Positions 14,056-27,701 of a stretch of DNA of 64,000 bases are shown piece by piece; the stretch's first letter is position 1; every line of letters starts with the position of its first letter. Below the pieces are notes generated by a model. That model had not been told where the DNA came from and did no database searches. It saw nothing but the letters and a program-made list of their open reading frames with translations. The position numbers were made by a program, and so were the translations under genes. The stretch is from Takakia lepidozioides (taxonomy: Eukaryota; Plantae; Bryophyta), in the NCBI GenBank assembly GCA_030704615.1, contig CM060734.1:30008001-30072000 (forward strand), given 5' to 3'.

Positions 14056-14956
14056 TGTCGTGCGCATACGTATCGCTACACAACTACATCGCTGTCCAAA
14101 CCACACCATACATATATGCACAATAAAGTAGTCTGCCACAATAATAAAGTACGGTTGTGGCTATTACAACTTGTAGCTATCTGGAGTTAAAGGGACCTAT
14201 CCACCAGCTAGGGGGGCGATTGTGGCAGACTACTTTATTGTGCATATATGTGTGGTATGGTTTGGACAGCGATGTAGTTGTGTAGCGATACGTATGCGCA
14301 CGACAGCTGTCAAGTTAAATAAGCACAGTGTGAAACTAACTAGAATAAAGCTAGTTATTTGTATTTAACACTTGGATTTAGGTCAAGTGTTAAATCAGGT
14401 GTCAAGTTTAGTTTGACACCTGAACTGTCTTATCTTCACGAGAGCGTCAGTCGCGCAGCTCATCTCTTTCGAGTTGAGCCTGCGCGACCGAGCTCCTGCA
14501 TCGTTTAGGACTGAGTGTGCTTATGATGGGAGTATAAGTTGTTGTGGGGTAGAGTCCCCATAGCTTGGGGTGCCCCTGGCTCGACTTCTGTTTTAACGAG
14601 TGATAGCGATGGATTTCATGTTGTTTCTGGTGTGAACAGTGTGTCTCTTAGCTTGTTCTATCACTCGTTAAAACAGAAGTCGAGCCAGGGGCACCCCAAG
14701 CTATGGGGACTCCACCCCACAACAACCTATACTCCAATCATAAGCACACTCAGTCCTAAACGATGCAGGAGCTCGGTTACGCAGGCTCAACTCGAGAGAG
14801 ATGAGCTGCGCGACTGACGCTCTCGTGAAGATAAGACAATTCAGGTGTCAAACTAAACTTGACACCTGATTTAACACTTGACCTAAATCCAAGTGTTAAA
14901 TATAAATAACTAGCTTTATTCTAGTTAGTTTCACACTGTGCTTATTTAACTTGACA
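14056..14956 (-). mobile_element. Rearranged family A remnant: inverted X 14056-14140, forward 3'UTR-PPT-X-GC-Y 14148-14663, inverted partial Y ~14660-14956
   Basis: Near identity to 57463-57983 and 31214-31569; termini TGTCG... and ...TGACA. Confidence 0.92.
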
Positions 14957-15265
14957 TGTGGGTCCAGATTCATCCAAGAGGGCTGGACTTCAAGCTCCAG
15001 ATTACCTTGATTCCATGTGGGGGTCAGTAGCTATAAGAAACCTGCATGGGTAGATGGCCAACTAAAGGCAGTAGTTGCAGCGGCACAGTTGATAAAATCA
15101 GGCACCTCAACCATGACCACAGCTTCTGAAAGAGGATCAAGAGAGGGAGTCCACAATGCCTCTTTTGGCACTTCTGGGCATGTGAAGATACTTTAAGCGA
15201 CAGCCTGACAGAGGCTCTACAGACTCTAAACCAAGGAGGCATTTCAGCAGATTCAAATATGTGTC
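14957..15265 (+). pseudogene. 5' part of a PLS-class PPR gene, split from 28811-30894 by the family B insertion
   Basis: Reads EALQTLNQGGISADSNM and continues after the TSD as CLLLKCIKMDGLEAGKHVH; parallel duplicate at 29371-29430. Confidence 0.7.
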
Positions 15266-16403
15266 TGTTAGAGGACTGTAGGGGACTTAGACACTTATAC
15301 GGGATCTGTAGGGTACCCTTAATTTTTGCACAGACTGAGACAAACAGGAACCTTAGGGGTGACAGCAGCGCACTGTAGAGGGGGGTTACATAGCCCACAC
15401 AGCCGACACAGCAGTCACAGCCCACACAGCCAATACAGCCCGTCACAGTCGTCACAGCCCACACAGCCGACACAGCCGTCACAGCCCACACAGCCGTCAC
15501 AGTCGTCACAGCCCACACAGCCCACACAGCCCGTCACAGTCGTCACAGCAGACACAGCCCACACAGCCAACACAGCCCGTCACAGTCGTCACAGCCCACA
15601 CAGCCGTCACAGTCGTCACAGCCCACACAGCCGTCACAGTCATCACAGCCCACACAGCCCACACAGCCCGTCACAGTCGTCACAGCAGACACAGCCCACA
15701 CAGCCAGTCACAGCCCGGCATAGCCACACAGCCAGTCACAGCCCGACACAGCCAAACACAGCCAGTCACCGCTTGACACAGCTGTCACGATAATAGGGAA
15801 CGAAGAGTAGGACAGGGAACGACTGTGGGGAACAACACCAGTGAAGGGAACATGTTAGTTCACATACGACGGTTAGAGAGGGAAACGGTTAGAACCGCGG
15901 ATAGGAGGATAAAGGGAAGAACGGGGAATAGGAAGGGGATCATTATTCGGGGAGGACTTCGGAGACAGGCGGGAGCGGAGATCGGAGAGCACGATGAAGG
16001 AGAAAAGAGGATTAGTAGATGCTTGTCATATGCAAAGCTAGAGTGATATTGTAGAGCAGATTAGAGACATAATGGCTTCGGCCTGATACCTGATAAATCA
16101 TAATCTGATACTTATACGATACAATCACACTGTGTAGAGAGATCTGAGTGAAGCTGTGGATTGAATGGAGGAGTTAAGGAAACCGATAAATTGATGAAGC
16201 AAACTGATACTTAATTATCAATGGTAAGGTAGCTAAGATGAATGCGGAAAAGGAAACAAATAGGAAACACCCCCATGATACACTAGCTGTAGGTCATGAC
16301 TGATTGTTCTGCGCGGGCTGAGTACTTAGAGATTTCCAACTCTTCTATCTTGGAGTTTCCGCCTCGGATAGCGAAGGGATGGGTGAGTAAAAGCCGCGCG
16401 ACA
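15266..16403 (+). repeat. 5' LTR of family B, with a CACAGCC/GTCACAG minisatellite at ~15390-15790
   Basis: TGTTAGAGG...CCGCGCGACA; near-identical to 27702-28810. Confidence 0.97.
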
Positions 16404-16991
16404 TTTGGCGACCATACTGGGGACCTGGGACATGAACAACCAGATGTGACAGGCATCTGGTGGGATCATGGTGGTTGGACCATTAAAGAGTTTGAAGTGA
16501 ATCAAATTCCCTGTGGAACGAAGGAAGAAAGATTGTCCAAACAATTCTTTCAAAGGTTCTTGGAATTGCCAGACGGATGTAAAGAAAATATTCTTAAACG
16601 AGTGCATGATGCTGATCCAGAATGGGGTCTGGAGAAAGGAGTGATAAAGATTTATCAGGTAGCCTGTAGAGGAAGAGCACGTTGGTTACCAACATTAGTT
16701 TATGTGATAGCGTTGCTATCCATTAAACGAGTAGAGTTTGAAGGTTGGGAAGAAAGAAAGGTGAATGTTTATACTCATATGCATGAAGAGCTTGTACTGG
16801 TAAAGAATTGGATTCCAAAGGATATTTTGTGGATCAAACTCACACCAAGAACAGCTTTTCAGACTTGTTTGCCATATGGTTATATGGTAACGGAGACTTC
16901 AAGTATAGCCAAGGGTGCATTGAAGCTTGAAAGAAATCCAGGCATATACGAGAGATATTACAGAAGAGAGTTTTGGTTATTGCCACATTAA
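16296..16991 (+). CDS. Upstream extra ORF (231 aa) of family B, unknown function
   Basis: Uninterrupted non-repetitive ORF between U5 and gag. Confidence 0.45.
   Translation: MTDCSARAEYLEISNSSILEFPPRIAKGWVSKSRATFGDHTGDLGHEQPDVTGIWWDHGGWTIKEFEVNQIPCGTKEERLSKQFFQRFLELPDGCKENILKRVHDADPEWGLEKGVIKIYQVACRGRARWLPTLVYVIALLSIKRVEFEGWEERKVNVYTHMHEELVLVKNWIPKDILWIKLTPRTAFQTCLPYGYMVTETSSIAKGALKLERNPGIYERYYRREFWLLPH
16406..16423 (+). promoter_or_regulatory. Primer binding site, probably tRNA-Arg type
   Basis: TGGCGACCATACTGGGGA two bases after the 5' LTR; starts with TGG; tRNA identity is from memory. Confidence 0.7.
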
Positions 16992-17012
16992 AAGAAATGA
17001 AAGACATGGGAC

Positions 17013-20000
17013 ATGAGTGATGAAAGAGAAGCTAGACGACAAAGATATTCATCAAAAAGAGAAAGCTATCTGAAAGCTAATTATCCATATCTTTGGGAGA
17101 GAGGAATAGACATAGGGGAATCATCTGGACCTCTCACACCATCAAGATCAAAAAGTGCATCACCTATACCGGAAGAACTAGAGTTGGATGCCACTCCTTC
17201 TGTTTCTTTGCAAGAAAGATTAAGGGAATTGGTACAGGAAGAAGATCAATCACGAGGTGAAAGATCTGAGGTACATCCTTGGATAAAAGACTTGACAGAA
17301 ATCTTTGATAAGAGTTGGCATGGAACACCAAAAGCAGGAACTCCAGTTTCTGAAGCAGAAGATGAAGAAGGAGATGAGGATGTGGCAGAGCCAACGGAGA
17401 GTTCAGACTCTCCAACACCATTACAGTTGAGTTACATGAGTGAAGAAGAAACCCAAGGGCAGAACTTGGAGGATGAAAACAGAGAGAAGAAATTGGAAGA
17501 GGAAGAATATGAAGAAGTAGACCCAACAGCTGAGGTTGAGACTACAACCAGGACATCCCAACCCGTTGGACCTGGATCAAGTGGAGCACTTGGATCACAG
17601 GCCAACGAAGGTGTCGGCTCAGGGGGATCAGGCGGGCTGCCTGGATCTGGCTCTGGGGGGACAGGGAGTGTGGGAAGTAGTGCAACTGAAGCTGGGAATA
17701 CTGTGAATATCGTGGGGCCAGAAGCAGGGAGTGCTCAAGGGCCACCACTTGGTGGAAGATCCACCACAAAAACAACAGGTCCAGAAGGACCAGCACCAGC
17801 AAGGGTGCCAGCACCTGTCAGTGGGCAGAAGGTAGGGCCACAGATGGCGTTACAACCAACACGGGCAAAACCACCCTTTCCAATATATTCAGGAAAAGGG
17901 GATCCCGATGTACACATTAGCCAATTTGAGCACATGTGTATAGTGAACAATGAGAATGGCGATGATGCCAAGATGAGACTGTTTCCTTGTTCACTTATCA
18001 AGAAAGCAAGTGAATGGTATGCAAGATTCCCTGATAATCATTTCCTAACCTGGAATGGCTTGAATACAGCATTTCGAAATAGGTTCAGGACAAGTAAAAC
18101 TGAGGATGAAGTGTATGGAAGTTTACAACAGCTGAAGCAGAAGAAGCATGAAACTGTTGAAGAGTATATGGAGAAGATGGAATTGATGATGAAAAAGCTG
18201 GCTGCAGTACCAGCACCCGGTTTACAGAAGACTTGGTTTGTGAGTGGACTAAGACCAGAGTTGCAGAAGAAAGTGGATATGTTACCCCATAATACAGTGG
18301 AGGAGGCATTTGAAACTGCAAACAGAATTGAGCAATTGGGAATGCTCAGGAGAGAGAAAAAGGAAGATGAGGACTCTGAAGATGAGTCAGATGAAGAAGA
18401 AGAGCAAGAACTAAAAAGAAAGAGTAAGAGAAAGGAAAAGTTGAAGAGGGATAACTATGAGAAAAGATTGGAAGAAATCTTGAAGAAGTATGCCACAGAG
18501 GCTGCAACACATTGGAGGAAGGGTGTATGGTGTGCAAAGTGCCAGAATGAAGGCCATACCACTACAGAATGCCACATGAAGGAGAAACACTGTACTATCT
18601 GTAAAATGGATAACCATTCTACTGAGAATTGTTACTACAACAGAAGGACAGCTGCAAGAGAACCTAGGCAAGTGAGGGTGCATCAGGTGCAGCCCCAGCC
18701 AAGAAGAAGCAATGATCAGGACCACTATGGTAGGTCTGGTGGTTATAACAATGGCATGGAAGGGAGAGGTAATTCAAGAGGGAATTACCAAGGAAATTCC
18801 AGAGGCAACTATCAGGGTAATCCAAGGGGGAATTACCAGCCCGGGAATCAGGATTATAGAAATAATCCAAGACCAGACCAAGGGCGAGGACCCAATGGTG
18901 AAGAGCTATGTTACTATTGTAATCAGCCAGGACATCGCAAGGCAGCCTGTTCATTCTGGATAAGACACCAGAATGAGATGAGAGCTCCTGTGAATGAGGG
19001 CCCAGTGGTGGCAGCTCACATGGTTAGGCCATGTGTTGTACCAGAAGTAAGTACAATGATAGTAACAAGAAGTAAAGCCAAACTAATACCTCCAGTAGAA
19101 GAGGAAGAAGATGAGACTGGAAGTGGCAATGATATGCCTGAAGATGAAGAGACTTGGAAGGATGAGAAGGAACTGCACAAGGAAGTGGCAGATACTATAA
19201 GGGAAATGCAAAAGAGTACGATATTCCTGTGGCAGATTCCTCTGATTCGGATGGAGAAAAAGAGGGGAGTGAGGAAGAAAGGAAAAAAGAAGATGCAGAC
19301 ATGCAAAGTAATGAAGAGACTTTGGCTGAAGTAATATGTCAGACCAAAGCAGAAATTACCATTGGACAGCTATTAGCTGTGGCACCTTATTGTAGGCACA
19401 GGCTGTATCAGGCAATCAATCGAATTGCCCAAGAGACAGGAAACACAGACCTGAACAGCAAGGTGACCAGTTATAATGTGAAGCCGGAAGGGCGAGAACC
19501 AGTCATGGACTTTGATGATTCTATGCCAGTAATCCAATTGAGAATTGGAAGCACAGAACTAACTGATGTACTGATAGATGGTGGTTCTGGAGTAAATATC
19601 ATGACAGACCAATTAAGGAAGAAGCTTGGTCTAAGTAACATGAAACCAGCCCCATTTACAGTAACAATGGCAGATCAAAGAAGTGTACAGCCATTGGGAT
19701 TAATAAGAGGAGTTAAGATACAGATACAGAAAATGATCTTTATGATCACAGTAACTGTATTAAAAATGGATGAAGTCATGGAGGCTTACTCCTTATTATT
19801 GGGACGTCCGTGGCTGAAACAGGCAAGGGTATTCCATGACTGGAATTCTCAGTTACTAACTGTGCATAATGGGATGCACGAGATACAAATTACCACAAAG
19901 AAATCTAGTAGATTACCTGCTACAAGAAGACCTCGAGGAGTCAGAGAGTATGACTGGAAGGGAGGACTGGATGAGGAGCAGGAAGCTACCCTATTTGCTG

Positions 20001-20371
20001 CACACCCAGAATGGGAGCAGGTTGCAGAGATGCGGCTGGAAAGCCTAAGTTGTTTGAGAGGTATCTGCTGTGGTGTAGTGACAGCAACACCAACTGAAGA
20101 AGAAACCAGCATTTACCCATCACATTTCTATGAAGAAAGAGAAGGAGAAATAGAAATCCTAGAAGAACCAGCCACTGTGAGCTTACAGGATGAAGTGGTG
20201 ACCGGTTGGACAATCACAGCTGATGAGCAGGTGAGAGAAGTAAATGTGGGAACTCAGGAGGAACCGAGGATGGTGAAAGTAGGAGCTGATTTGGAGCCGA
20301 AATTCTTCGAAGAAGCAAAAGCTTGTTCATCAAATACAGAGATGTATTTGCTTGGAGCTATGAGGATCTAA
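17013..20371 (+). pseudogene. gag: gag (capsid-like region, CCHC knuckles) + aspartic protease; frameshift near 19220
   Basis: CAKCQNEGHTTTEC, CYYCNQPGHRKAAC, VLIDGGSG..LLLGRPWL; the copy at 60844-61752 reads QKSTDIPMADS continuously. Confidence 0.93.
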
Positions 20372-23000
20372 AAGGGATACCACCTGAAGTCTGTCAGCAT
20401 AAAATTGAACTGGAACCAGGGTCAGTACCAATCAAACAGGCGAGGTATAGAATGAATCCCAACTACGCACAGAAGGTTGGAGAAGAGATAAAGAAGTTGG
20501 CTGAGGCTAAGTTTATATACCCAATAGAGTATACAACTTGGTTGTCACCCATTGTTATAGTTCCCAAGAAGAATGGCAAACTAAGAGTATGTGTGAACTA
20601 TAAGAAGCTGAATGCTTGTACGAAGAAAGATCCTTTCCCTTTGCCATTCACAGAAGCAGTATTAGACACTGTGGCAGGCCATGAGATGTACTCATTCATG
20701 GATGGCTTCAGTGGTTATAATCAAGTGCAAGTGGCAGAAGAAGACCAAGGGAAAACAGCTTTCATCACAGACTGGGGGCTTATGCATACAAAGTCATGCC
20801 CTTTGGACTTTGTAATGCACCAGCGACCTTTCAGAGAGTGATAAGTGAATCTTTTCAAGAGTATCTGGATGATTTCATGCAGGTGTTTTTGGATGATTTC
20901 AGTGTGTACAGCTCTAAGAATGAGCACTTGCATAAATTGGAGTTATGCCTGGCCAGATGCAGGATGAGAGGTCTGGGCTTGAACCCAGAGAAGTGTACTT
21001 TCTGTGTGAACTCAGGGGTGCTTCTGGGACACATTGTGTGTAAGAAGGGACTCCTTGTGGATCCCAGGAAGACAGAGTCCATTAAAGCCTCTCCACCACC
21101 AGTGAATGTTAAGAGTTTAAGGAGATTCCTTGGGCAAACCAGTTATTACAGAAGATTTGTCAAAAGGTATGCACAAATAGCAGCACCATTGAGCAAGCTT
21201 CTGAAGAAAGATGCAGTGTTTGCATGGACAGCTGAATGTCAACAGGCGTTTGAGGAACTTACACTGTCAGTAACAACTACACCTGTGCTGATTAACCCTC
21301 ACTGGCATGTAGTATTTCATGTTCACTGCGATGCATCAGGAGAAGCGTTGGGAGCGGTGTTAGCCCAGAATGTTACAGGGAATATAGATTCACCTGTGTA
21401 CTATGCTAGCCGGTTGATGAACAGTGCTGAGAGGAACTATAGCACAACGGAAAGAGAAGCATTGGCAATGATCTATGCAGTGAAGAAATTCAGGCATTAC
21501 CTATTGGGAAGAAAGTTTATGTTTTATGTGGATCACCAGGCTCTGATATATCTGGTGAACAAACCTTTGATAAGTGGAAGGATAGCGAGGTGGTTAATAA
21601 TCTTGCATGAGTTTGAGTTCGAGGTTATTTACAAGCCTGGCCGTTTGCATCTTGTGGCAGATCATTTGTCACGACTAACAACAGGAGAGGCCGCCACAGG
21701 AGTGGACGATCAGTTACCTGATGCGAGTTTATTTGTAATGGAGGTGCAAGGAAGTGCAGATGAATGGTTAGATTGGCAGTGGCCAATCAGATACTACCTT
21801 GCTCATGGTCAGTGCCCACCTAGTTATGGTAAGGAGCAGAGGAAGAGAATTGCTATCAGAGCTTTACCTTATACTATGGTAGGAAGCAGAATGTATAAGT
21901 TAGGACCTGATGGAGTACTAAAACGATGCTTGTACCACCATGAAGTAAATAAAGTCTTGGAGGAAGTTCATAAAGGAGTGGCTGGAGGTCATTTTGGAGA
22001 AGAGACTACCAGTAGAAAGATACTACTCGCAGGATACTGGTGGCCTACTTTGTTCAAAGATGTACATGAGTATTGTCAGAAGTGTGATGAATGTCAGAGG
22101 CTAGGACCTTTGCAGAGATCTGGAAGAATGGCCTTGCATCCTACAATGCCTACGGAACCATTTCAGAAATGGGGACTAGACTTTGTTGGACCAATTAATC
22201 CACCATCCAAGAATACACAAAACAGGTACATAATTACAGCCACTGATTATACTACAAAGTGGGTGGAAGCTAAAGCTTTGAGGGACAACACAGCCAAGTC
22301 CACAGCAAGGTTCCTGTACGAGAACATACTTACACGATTTGGATGTCCCTTAGAATTTATCAGTGATCAAGGAAGTCACTTCATGAATGAGACCATTGAG
22401 TTATTGACTAAAGAGTTTATGATTGTGCATAGAAAGAGTACAACATATTACCCACAGGGTAATGGACAGGCAGAGGCTACCAACAAAATACTATGTACTA
22501 TCTTGGCTAAGATAGTCAATGCAAACAGAACGGATTGGGATACAAAGCTGCTGACAGCTTTATGGTCATACAGGACTTCGTATAAAGTCACCACAAAGTA
22601 TACACCATTCCAATTAGTTTATGGTATGGAAGCCTTACTTCCAGTGGAATTCCTGTTACCTACCATGAGAACGGAGTGGGGAAAAAGAATGGAATTGCAA
22701 GACTCCATCAAGGTCAGGAAACATGAATTATACCATGTGGAAGAAGTACGTGCTGATGCAGCGGATAATATGACCAGAATTCAGATGAAGCGAAAGGAAC
22801 AGTTTGATGAAGGCAAATTAAAGACTTTTAAGACGGGGGATTTGGTTCTATGGTTGCAGAAGAAAGGAAAGATTCAAGCTTCTAAGCTTAAATCACCATG
22901 GAAAGGACCTTATGTCATCAAAAGATGTATGATAACAACACAGCCATGTTACAAACCATTAACAAAGAAATGCTGGGAAGAGTCAATGCAAATAAGTTGA
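20323..23000 (+). pseudogene. pol: pol: RT, RNase H, integrase; frameshifts near 20322, 20778, 22922
   Basis: MDGFSGYNQ, MPFGLCNAPATFQR, VFLDD, HCDASG, WGLDFVGP, SDQGSHF, NGQAEATN, WKGPY. Confidence 0.95.
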
Positions 23001-23150
23001 AGGGGTACAGTGGTATCCATGACAAACCCCTGCAGCATGATTTGCATGTTGAACCGCAAGAGCAGTCACGGGCTGCACCAGTGTTACGAACGGAGTATGG
23101 AACACTTGTCGCTAGGCCCAGTATATATGACCGGGGTGGGCAAAACAAAC

Positions 23151-23420
23151 GTGACACAGCCTATCACAGCCCATCACGGCGTGACACAGCCTATCACAGC
23201 CCAACACGGCGTGACACAGCCTATCACAGCCCAGCAAGGCGCAACACAGCCTATCACAGCCCATCACGGCGTGACACAGCCTATCACAGCCCGTCACGAC
23301 GTGACACAGCCTATCACAACCTACCGCAGCGTGTCACAGCCTATCACAGCTTACCACAGGGCAACACAGCCTATCACAGCGTAACACAGTATGACACAGC
23401 CTGTCACAGCTCAACACAGC
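23151..23420 (+). repeat. 30-bp tandem repeat (~9 units, GTGACACAGCCTATCACAGCCCATCACGGC) encoding RRDTAYHSPS-like repeats
   Basis: Directly visible; shares the CACAGCC core with the LTR minisatellite. Confidence 0.95.
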
Positions 23421-23896
23421 CTACTAAAGTTACACGATCCATAGAATCAGTGACAAGTGGACACATAAAAACTTCAGGAAAATGGCTGAAGGAAGAAGAA
23501 ACGGAAATTAATTTAAAAATAGACACGTGGAGGTCAGGGTGCGACACACAGCAGAGAATGAAGTGCAAGGACAGGTGTCAAAAAGAAAGAGGACAAGAAC
23601 GGCCGTCAAAAGGGATGAAAGGCGGGCCCATTAATGAATACGGAAAAAGGGAAACAGAACGAACGGCAAGTACAGAAAAACTGAATTCATGTCGCATGTG
23701 TGATCCTAGTGGACTATCCAACAGGGAAAGTCCACTAAAGAAGATAAAAGTTAAAATCCAGTCACAGCGGATACAGCCAATAGAAAACCAGAGAAATGAT
23801 CAAGAAAATGGAGGGAAATTAAGCGCAAGAGGCGGCGTCGTTCTGAGTAACGGGCGTCTCGACAGGACAGGCCATAAATGCTATAACTTGGAAACT

Positions 23897-26800
23897 ATGG
23901 AGGAACTAACAGACTATACGCTCGCAATATTATTTACGCAATGGCAGAGACACGAAACGAAAGAGCAGAGCTTTTCTCTTGAACAATGCTTGCAAGCCCC
24001 GCAGGCTTACAAGAGATTACCCATAGCTTTCTGCGGCAACCATACGTTTCTGCTTTGTGCACTACAGGCATTCCTGCAGTTGTTACAGCCAAAGCAGTTC
24101 TGTGAGTCTAAGATGAAGAGAGTGAGAGGAATGGAGGAAATCAGGGTGAAGAGCACCACAATTCTGCAGAAACAAACGATGGCTACCCCACAGGCGATAA
24201 AGATACTGAAGGAGCTGAGATTGGAAGGATTGCAAAGCATGGATTGGACACTACACCATAGACAGTACATGTTACAATTTTTGCAGAACTTTGAGCCAAA
24301 GACAGGAACAACAACGGTGAAGGGAGTTGAATTAATGATTACTCCCCTATACCTCCAGCAATTGTTTCGATTGCCAGAAGGTCATGTGTATGTGGAGGAA
24401 CACAGAGAAAGACTGCAAATAGGGGATTTATTCCAAGAAGGGAGTTTCTTTAAAACTCAGGGTTATGCTTGTACCAAAGCTGTGTACCCAGGGTTAAAAG
24501 ACATAGGCCAAGTATTGAACGTTCTGATTGCCCTGAAACAGAACCAACAATATTTGAGCAGATCCTTCACAGAGGAAATCCTCAAAGGCTTGAAGGGACA
24601 AGAGGTACCATGGGCGGACATAATGTACAACGCACTGGTAGAGGAGATGAAAAGATTACAAGGTACTACCGCAAAATCTCCTATCATAGTGTCTGGCCCA
24701 ATCATTGCTCAAATAATCCTTAGTTCTGGCATACTTAATGCACAAGAAAGGAAGGAAATGGGAGTGTTTGAGCCAGAAACAACTGCAATGGAAGAGCAAG
24801 GCTCTTCACACAGTGAGGGTGGACTAGCAGCACAACCCGAGACTAAGAGGCAGAGAAGGGGAAAGACTGTAGTGGCGGATCCACTGGCTTCACGGATTCC
24901 GCATGATAATGTTTCCCAAGCTCATGACCAGGGAGGGGCACAGCAGCACAAAAGAATGTTATTACTGGAAGCAGGACCTTCAGAGAGGGAGGAAGAAGTT
25001 ACTTCTGCATCACAACCAACACAGCCACTTGAACGACTTGTCACAAGGTCACAAGTTATCCATGCAGCTCAACCCGAAATAATAGATTTGGAAAGTGAAG
25101 GGATAGATATTCCAACTACAGAACAGATAGTGGCGGAAATAGAGAAAGGGGACCTTCTCTATGAATATTCTGGTCTGGTCAAGCAGACAGAAATCCCAGA
25201 GGTGCAACAGTTGCCCAAGAAAAATCCTGAGGTACATATAATGCACACACCTGTGTCGGAGGTACCACAGGCGGAAGGCCATGACACTGTAGCACCGGTC
25301 ATAAATGAAGTAGTTCAGGAAGAAAATCCGGTGGGACAATGGTCTGAATGGTTAGTGAGACATCATACTGTTGAAGATCGGGAGGAACAGCAGCAACCTC
25401 ACCATGATGACCCTCAACAGGCAATGCTGATGAATTCCATAGGCAGGACACTTAATTTGTTGGGGACTTATGTCAAAACCCATGTTCCAATTACCCAATT
25501 GACAGCCTTGAAAGAAGAACTCAGGAAGGAGTTTGAGGCTCGACTTGCCACTGAGTGTTCAAACAAGGTCGATGAAGAGGTCACTCTCAAGATGAAGCAG
25601 GACTTGGCCAATACAGAAATGGCTTTGCAATTGGCCAAGCAACAATTGATTGAGGCAGGCCTTGCGCAAGACCAGTTGCACGAAGCACATAAGCAACAGC
25701 TATACCAAATGCAGGTGCAGCATGAAAGCAAGTTGCAAGAACTGAATGCACTACATACGGAGTTGCAGACAGTGCATAACAGGATGGAGATACAATGCGC
25801 TACATTTACAACTATGCTTGACCAATCAACAAAAGAAATAAACAGTCAAGCGGAAAAATGTACGAAGGCAGAAGAAGAGAATGTGGAGCACATGAAGCTC
25901 ATTGTCGATATGAAGAATACAATCTGTCGCAATGAAGAAACTTTCAAGCAATACAGGCAGATGGAAGCTGAGAATGAGAAATACATCGTGGAGTTGCAAC
26001 AAACCATCGTGGCCAATAGAAATGAAATCGCGGTCAGTAACAAGGCTTCGAAAGAAGCCAATAATCTACTTGCTGCCTATGCGCAATTGGTTGAGCCACA
26101 GGCGAAGCGCATGAAGGCTTTACAACAGCAGTTGGAATTGTATAAGCTAAGAGAGGAGCAAACTCTCAGGGGAACCACAAGCAGCTTGGTGGATAACAGC
26201 CTTATGCAGGTCTGGTTAGCACAAGGGCCAGTAGAGGGCAAAAGCCCACGGAAGCTCACCCAAAGCGAGATGAATGAGCTCAGACTGCAGGTGCAGAACA
26301 TTGCCACAACTACTATAGACAATGTCTATAGTAGGATAGCAGAGTTACAAGAGGATGTAGACGGACTCCAGACTCAAGTGGAAGACCTCACTTCAAACAT
26401 CGACCAAAGAGTCTATATCCCTCAGGAACAGCTAATGGCTTCTTATTTGCAAGCCAGAACTCTGGCTTTTCAGTCTTCACAGGAGGTGCAGGAGATGCCA
26501 ATGGTACAGGAACCAGTACCACCACCACCACAACAGGTCAGTGTACCAGTAGCTGAACCTGTGGTTACTACAACCACACCACAGCCACCACAGCCGGAGG
26601 TATGGGGCAATGCAGCTTTTAACCCACCTAAAACTCCAGCTGCCAGGGAGTACAGTAGGGCTATGATTATGCCCTTCAACCAAATTCCCATCATGTTGGA
26701 TTTGGCTTGGAAAGAATTTAGTCCTCCGCAGTCATTCGCACATTACTACCAAATCATGCGTATCTGGCTGCCAGTGGCAACCAGGACTAAAGTTCTTCCA

Positions 26801-27663
26801 AACAATCGACATATTGAAGATCATCACTTTGCACAATACTGGCACGAGGCAGGTACCATGTTGAGGGAATTGGTTGCTTTCCAGGTTGTACATGGACTCA
26901 TTTATACCAAGACCAAGGAGATAGCAAGTATTGTCATGGGGTGCGGGCTATACTACGCTGCTTGTTTCTGATACGTTACCACATAGAGCAACAAAAGATG
27001 CAAGCACGCTTTCAAAGTTACTCCAGTGGAGATCATTGGGTATTACCTTCGGTGCCACCTCATATGTACCTATATGACCCAAAAGTTATGATACAAAAGG
27101 ATTCTCAAATTCGTTCATGGTTTCAAGCAGCCTGCAACAATTTGTCAACACAGAAATTCGGACTTGATGACATTTTCTATAAGGGACATATCGCATGGAA
27201 ATACTTGCACGCGGCACCAGTAATTGGTACCCCACTCATCTGGACAGACAAGGAGCTCAGTGTCTACACCAATTTTGCTGTTCAACGGTTACACCAGGTT
27301 GTAAAATGCAAACTTCCAGACATGGTAGGACAGCATTGTATGCCCCAGATGATTCCACAAAAAGTTCGAAAATTAAAACACCTGAGAGGCGATAAGGATT
27401 CTGATACAACTGTTTCTTCACAAAATTCTTTTGACATGGGAGAAGACTATGCAATTCAGATGGAAGAGAAGAAACAAAGGGGATCTCCTATGCCGGAAAG
27501 ATTACCTCGATATCAACCTCCAGAAGGCCTCACTTATCCAGGTAGTGATCAACCATCTCCATCAACCAGAGACAGACCTCGGGCTCGTACACACAGCCCA
27601 CCACGAAACTCTCAACGTCAACAAGGTGCTCACTCACAAAGGGTTGCTACTCGGAAACAGTAA
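23897..27663 (+). CDS. Long extra 3' ORF of family B (plant-retrotransposon accessory-like N-terminal region + coiled coil); frameshift near 26965
   Basis: ORF 22898-26971 plus 26941-27663; QFLQNF..TVKGVELMIT..LQQLFRLP resembles Athila/Tat accessory ORFs; E/Q/K-rich heptad region ~25500-26400; stop just before the PPT. Confidence 0.7.
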
Positions 27664-27684
27664 ACCGTGAGGACACGGCTTTTT

Positions 27685-27701
27685 GAGGGGGGAAGGGGTA
27701 A
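27685..27701 (+). promoter_or_regulatory. Polypurine tract of family B
   Basis: GAGGGGGGAAGGGGTAA directly before the 3' LTR. Confidence 0.9.

Noticed and set aside
15024-15793. ORFs in the family B LTR minisatellite (also 27634-28184)
   Set aside because: Low-complexity translations of a stop-free repeat
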